From Eledone cirrhosa (taxonomy: Eukaryota): 64,000 nt of DNA. Positions 58,564-64,000 of this stretch are shown here, piece by piece. Position 1 is the first letter of the stretch; each line of letters starts with the position of its first letter. Both the position numbers and the translations under genes were made by a program. Below the pieces are notes generated by a model that worked only from the letters and a program-made list of their open reading frames with translations, was not told where the DNA came from and did no database searches. Location of the stretch: positions 10,726,001 to 10,790,000 of the forward strand of contig OZ024762.1 of NCBI GenBank assembly GCA_964016885.1, given 5' to 3'.

Positions 58564-58648
58564 TACAATGTACACCATCACTATATATATATATATACAC
58601 GATAGTTATGTATATAAGTATTTCATTTGATACATACACACACGTGTG

Positions 58649-58715
<67 letters not shown>

Positions 58716-59670
58716 TGTACCCTATTATTTCCCTGTTTGGATCCTCACTTTAATTCCTCCCCTAGGAGCCAACCCTAGCCCTACAACGGCCAGCCACTAC
58801 ACACTAACCTTTAAACATACAGACCCTCACTTTTATCACAGCTCCTATTTTTACACTACAACTAATTGGTTGATAAACTCTTTTAAAACAACTTTGTACT
58901 CACGAAGTATTTGTCGTACTTCTACAGAATATTTACGAACAAGGGCTAACAATTTGACGGTTAGTAGGTGGCCAAATCGATTAGATCGACCTCAGTATAC
59001 GACTGGTACTATATTTTATTGACCTCAGAAGGATAGAAGACAAGGTGGACCTAAGCGGTATTTGAAGTCGGAACGTCAAGAGCCGCAAAGCAATGGACTA
59101 CCCTATAATAATTATCATTATTAATATTATTAAGGCTTTAATGTTAGAACGAAACTCTGTAGGTGGGGGATCGGCACTTCTGGCCCCAAACAACCGTTAA
59201 AAAGGGGGCCTAGAGCAACCGAAAGACACAAACTTTTGGGAGTAAAGGGCAACAAAAAACTACATATATATATATATATATCTGTTTACCTTTTACATAT
59301 ATACACATATATATATATATATATATATGTAAAAGGTAAACAGAAATAACAACACAATCGGTACAGTATATGGAAGGAATATATTAGGTTAACGCTTGAA
59401 ATAGCAGGAAGAGGGCCTCAACGTTTTATATATATACATATATATATGACAGTCGGCGCCCGACGGCTGAGCTGTTGCTATTTCAACAGCTAATTCCATA
59501 CTATATATATGCCAACACAAGAGCAAGAATATCGAGTCATTCTACTGATATGGCTTAAGAGGCTGTTTGCATAATTGCTACAAACAAATCGAATATTATT
59601 AATATTCGAAAAACTCAGATTTAAATTTCTTGTATTCAGCCATGTCGAGCGATAAAACTATTTTTGGGGT

Positions 59671-59709
<39 letters not shown>

Positions 59710-59711
<2 letters not shown>

Positions 59712-59799
59712 GGGTGTCCCAAAAAATTTGACATCATTGAGCTAGACTTAGTAGTTTTCGAGATATTTGCTTTTAAAATGTCAAATTTTTTTGGACACC

Positions 59800-59802
<3 letters not shown>
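59710..59802. mobile_element. Tiny Tc1/mariner-type MITE in a (TA)n tract
   Basis: TIR CAGGGTGTCC.AAAAAATTTGACAT; related 80-bp MITEs at 58435-58517 and 61976-62055. Confidence 0.75.
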
Positions 59803-59893
<91 letters not shown>

Positions 59894-59896
<3 letters not shown>

Positions 59897-59989
59897 ATTC
59901 ACAGGAATCAAAGTTATGTTCAAACCATTTATTAGCTTACAACTGTAAGCTAATAAATGGTTTGAACATAACTGATTCCTGTGAATTCT
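59894..59989. repeat. Near-perfect hairpin, about 46-bp arms
   Basis: AGAATTCACAGGAATC..TAGCTTACA ac TGTAAGCTA..GATTCCTGTGAATTCT with one 2-nt bulge. Confidence 0.9.
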
Positions 59990-60149
59990 TTATAACTGCT
60001 CTGTAGAACAACTGATGTTATTACATTGAGCTATTTATCTTACTGGTAATAAGGTAGTAATAAATTACTGTCTTTCACTGTTTAGGGTTTAAAATATATA
60101 TAACTATAAAAAGTTTTAGTATATACATAACCATAAATAGTATCCTTAA

Positions 60150-60204
<55 letters not shown>

Positions 60205-60437
60205 ACCAGGCGATGCGTTATGTCCTTGAGCAAGGTACTTTATTTCACGTTGCTCCTTCTACCTGGAGTTGCGACCGATAGATAGTATTAGCAATTGGAA
60301 AGACCAATGGAAACATTGTTTCCTCGGTCTGATTTGACGAAAGTCATTCGACAAATTTATATTTATATATATATATATAGGAAAAACGAGTTCAGCTGGC
60401 CTCGTGTGTATGTTTATTGTTTAAGGCCTATAAATGA

Positions 60438-60504
<67 letters not shown>

Positions 60505-61133
60505 TACATACAACACTTATAGAGTCATCTTTGGATTTTGGTCTTTATATTTACTATTAATATATATATATATATAATGTAATTATACACAAATATTTAC
60601 ACAAACACGTATATGTATATGTGTATATATATCTATATATATACACACAAAAACACACACCAATAATGTAGTTACACACACACACATATATATATATATA
60701 CATTTTTAGGGGACACTGTATATACAAACACACCAGAAATGAAGTCAATTTCCATCAGTTTAAAAGTACATTCAGCCTTTATCCCAATTTACACACTACT
60801 ACGGCGACATTTGGTTTACATTTCTATCCCATTCATATATAGTAGTCATAAGATGGTGAAATAGACATCAAATATTTGATGGATAAATCATTATGAATGA
60901 AATAGTTATTCACACATAAACACCTTGTTCCTTTCACCGGGAGTTAATATTATTTGTAAAATATTAAGTCCTCGAAATTTCGAACACCAATACACACCCA
61001 CACACATGTATGTATGTATGTATGTATGTATGTATGTATGTATGTATGTATGTATAATGAAGGAAATGTGGTAAGGAACCAGGTGGACCATAACGCACCA
61101 AAGTACTCAATACTTAGGGTAGTAGAGTGGGTA

Positions 61134-61249
61134 ATAGGAACAAGTAAGACCCCGACGGCTGAGCTCAAGCCGTTTCGACGGCTAATTGAGTCCAGAATTA
61201 GCCGTCGAAACGGCTTGAGCTCAGCCGTCGGGGTCTTACTTGTTCCTAT
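61134..61249. repeat. Inverted repeat, 54-bp arms, 8-nt loop; part of a pLTR-like repeat cluster at 61055-61385
   Basis: Arms 61134-61187 and 61196-61249; homologous hairpins at 37775-37896 and 62586-62693. Confidence 0.92.
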
Positions 61250-61384
61250 ATATATAACGAAGGAGTTGTGGTAAGGAACCAGATGGACCATAACGCACAG
61301 AGTACTCAATACTTAGGGTAATAGGAGAAAGTATGACCCCGACGGCAGAGCTCAAGTTGTTTCGACAGCTATTTCTGGACTAAA

Positions 61385-61427
<43 letters not shown>

Positions 61428-62129
61428 CATTCTACTTCCTCTAAGCGTGAAACTAATACACTTCATGTAATTGCATCCTCTTGTTTATTGGTTTCATATA
61501 TATATATATATAAAACGAAGTATGTATATATATATATATATATATATAACGAAGTATGTATATATATCCGTATTTATATTAAACGAAGTATATATATCCG
61601 TATGTGGTTGACAGCTGAGAGAAAATAGAGTTAACATATTTATTAAAACTAAATAATTGTTTCTACTTTAGGCACAAGGCCAGCAATTACCCAGTGCATT
61701 ACTGGTACTTTATTTTATCGACCCCGTAAGGATGAAAGGCAAAGTCAACCTCGGCGGGAACTAAATGATGAGTCTTGCTATTATTCAACCTGTCATCAGA
61801 CAAGAACTGTTAATGTGTTATATATATATAGAGAGAGAGAGAGAGGGGGGAGAGAGAGAAATTACTTCTACAGGACTAAAACTGTTTCATTCGGGAGAAA
61901 TATCAGGATATATATATTTAATATAGAAATTACTTCTACAGGATAGATATCTATATATATATATATATATATACACAGGTTGACCCCCCAAAAATGTACA
62001 CATATTTATTAAAATCATGTTGAAGTCTGTATACATTTTTGGGGGGGACACCCTGTGAATATATATATATATGAAGAGATGTGGAGAGAGTGTGTGTGCG
62101 TGTAGATGTGTATATATAAATATATAAAG

Positions 62130-62161
<32 letters not shown>

Positions 62162-62690
62162 ATATATAAAGGGAGGTAGAGAGTGTGTGTGTGTGTATAT
62201 ATATAAAGAGAGGTAGAGAGTGTGTCGTTTGTTTTGCCTGTTAAGAAAAATACAATGACACTGAAATATCAAATTAAACTGCTTGAAATTATGAATGAAG
62301 AAAGGTAATGAGACTGTATGTATGTGGATGTGTGTATTTATGTATGTGTGTGTTTGTATGTGGATGTGTGTGTATTCTCCGTGATTCATTTGAAAACTAG
62401 ATGAGATCGACTACGTGACCTTTGAATATCATTTCATGGTCTTATTCTTTGCTTATCTTCTCGCACACACACACACTCGGAGATAGGAATATATATATAT
62501 GTTAATGCTGTAAATAAACCTTATTGTACAGCCGAGCATGTTATTCTTCATTCTTTTGCTCTAATAATTATAATATATATATAAAAGAAAAGTCAGGACC
62601 CCGGGCCGTTTCGACAGCTTGATCCGAACTATATAGTTCAGATCTAGCTGTCGAAATGGCCGGAGCTCAGCCGTCGGGGTCCTGACATTT

Positions 62691-62729
<39 letters not shown>

Positions 62730-62914
62730 TTATATATATTATTCAAAATATTAATAAATGAAAAATATTCTCATAACCAAAATATATATTTTATTATACA
62801 TATTTCAAAGGTATATATACATATATATATATATATATATTATTCAAAATATTAATAAATGAAAAATATTCTCATAACCAAAATATATATTTTATTATAC
62901 ATATTTCAAAGGTG

Positions 62915-62945
<31 letters not shown>

Positions 62946-63523
62946 GTGGGGGGATATATACGTTTTGAAAAAGAGAGTGAGAGGGGTATATTCATTCACA
63001 TAGACAGGGAGATATATAGGTTTAGAAAATGAGAGACACATACGTTGAGAGAGAGAAGGAGACAGACTCCGATATTTACATTCAAAGACAGATCAGACAG
63101 ACAGAAAAAGTATTTTTGTCGTGTTAAAGATATTCTAAAGATATCGTTGTTAAAAGAGGCCAAACATATCATTTGTTAAAACTTTCATTGAACCTTTACA
63201 GCTGATATTGTTACAAGAACCTTTTTTGACAGTATTGCTAATGAAATACACCCTATTTTAATTAAATTAAAAATGTTGATGGATTTACTAAAACTATTTC
63301 CTTTATGTATATATACACATATTTAAATATATATACACTATGTATAAATATAAATACACACATGTATAAATGTAAATACACACACACACATATATATATA
63401 CACATATTTATATATATACACACACACTCACATGTATGTTTTAAGTGTTGGACAATGATTTCCAATTAATTTTAAAAATACTCAAGAATCTTTCTTTTCT
63501 CTCTTTCTAGTATCTTATTAACA

Positions 63524-63627
63524 ATGGCTGGTGTTAGCTGTTTTGACCGTATTAAAGTTGGTTTTATGATAGGAATGTGTGTTGGAATGGCGTCAGGAGC
63601 AATATTTGGTGGATTTTCTGCACTTAG
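63524..63627 (+). CDS. ROMO1: ROMO1/Mgr2 family (mitochondrial inner membrane) first coding exon, [35 protein letters not shown]; gene continues beyond the window
   Basis: Acceptor TTTCTTTTCTCTCTTTCTAG ends at 63510, ATG at 63524, donor AG|GTAAGT at 63628. The peptide matches the ROMO1 motif SCFDRVKMGF.MG..VGMA.GALFG.FS.LR. Too short for the ORF track. Confidence 0.93.
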
Positions 63628-64000
63628 GTAAGTCAACAACATAACCTGGGGGGGGCTTTATCTGCTTTATCCATAACTTGGTCCTTGGACTCTGTTGCTA
63701 GTAATAGAAACCAGGGCTTTGGTTTGAAGATAGCCTCTTCCCTTCCTCCCACAAGTCTCAGGGGCAAGGGCTTACGTTTCAAGCTCCCTCTCTTTCTACT
63801 ACAAGTCTTGAGAGGGCCAGAGCTTTGATTTCAAGAGATACCTCCCTCCTTTTCTCCCACAAGTCTCAGGGGCCAGGGCTTAGCTTTCAAGAGATACCCT
63901 CCTCTCTTTCTCCCATAAGTTTCTCGGTGCTTTTTTTGTGTGTGTGTGTCCCCAGCACAACCACCTCACAGGGTGGACTGGGTGTTTCTTGTCATGTCAC

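Overview
This is eukaryotic, very AT- and microsatellite-rich DNA. The SINE/LINE repertoire and kilobase-long (TA)n/(CA)n arrays suggest a coleoid cephalopod such as Octopus (inference). There is a 200-N assembly gap at 20231-20430, and nearly all ORFs in the supplied track are microsatellite artefacts. Two real genes are supported. The first is a complete 5-exon FAM8A1 orthologue (RDD domain, + strand, 29133-42630, 652 aa, all junctions GT-AG and phase-compatible). The second is the first coding exon of ROMO1 (63524-63627), with a probable promoter and non-coding exon near 57.56 kb. The rest is transposon debris: Penelope-like elements, RTE, CR1, Tx1, R4/Dong and CRE-like LINE fragments, three SINE families, and mariner, piggyBac and hAT MITEs. 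The strongest hidden signals are: (1) about ten minimal type-I hammerhead ribozyme motifs in Penelope-type repeats, most with a palindromic TATATA stem III, covarying stems and an invariant C.C mismatch in stem II, two of them sense-strand inside FAM8A1 introns; (2) fold-back palindromes whose symmetry axes map onto the ribozyme; (3) a tRNA-SINE carrying a Penelope-like tail; (4) a cryptic Cys-rich alternative terminal exon in FAM8A1; (5) repeated birth of minisatellites inside transposon fragments, including a 155-bp higher-order repeat.
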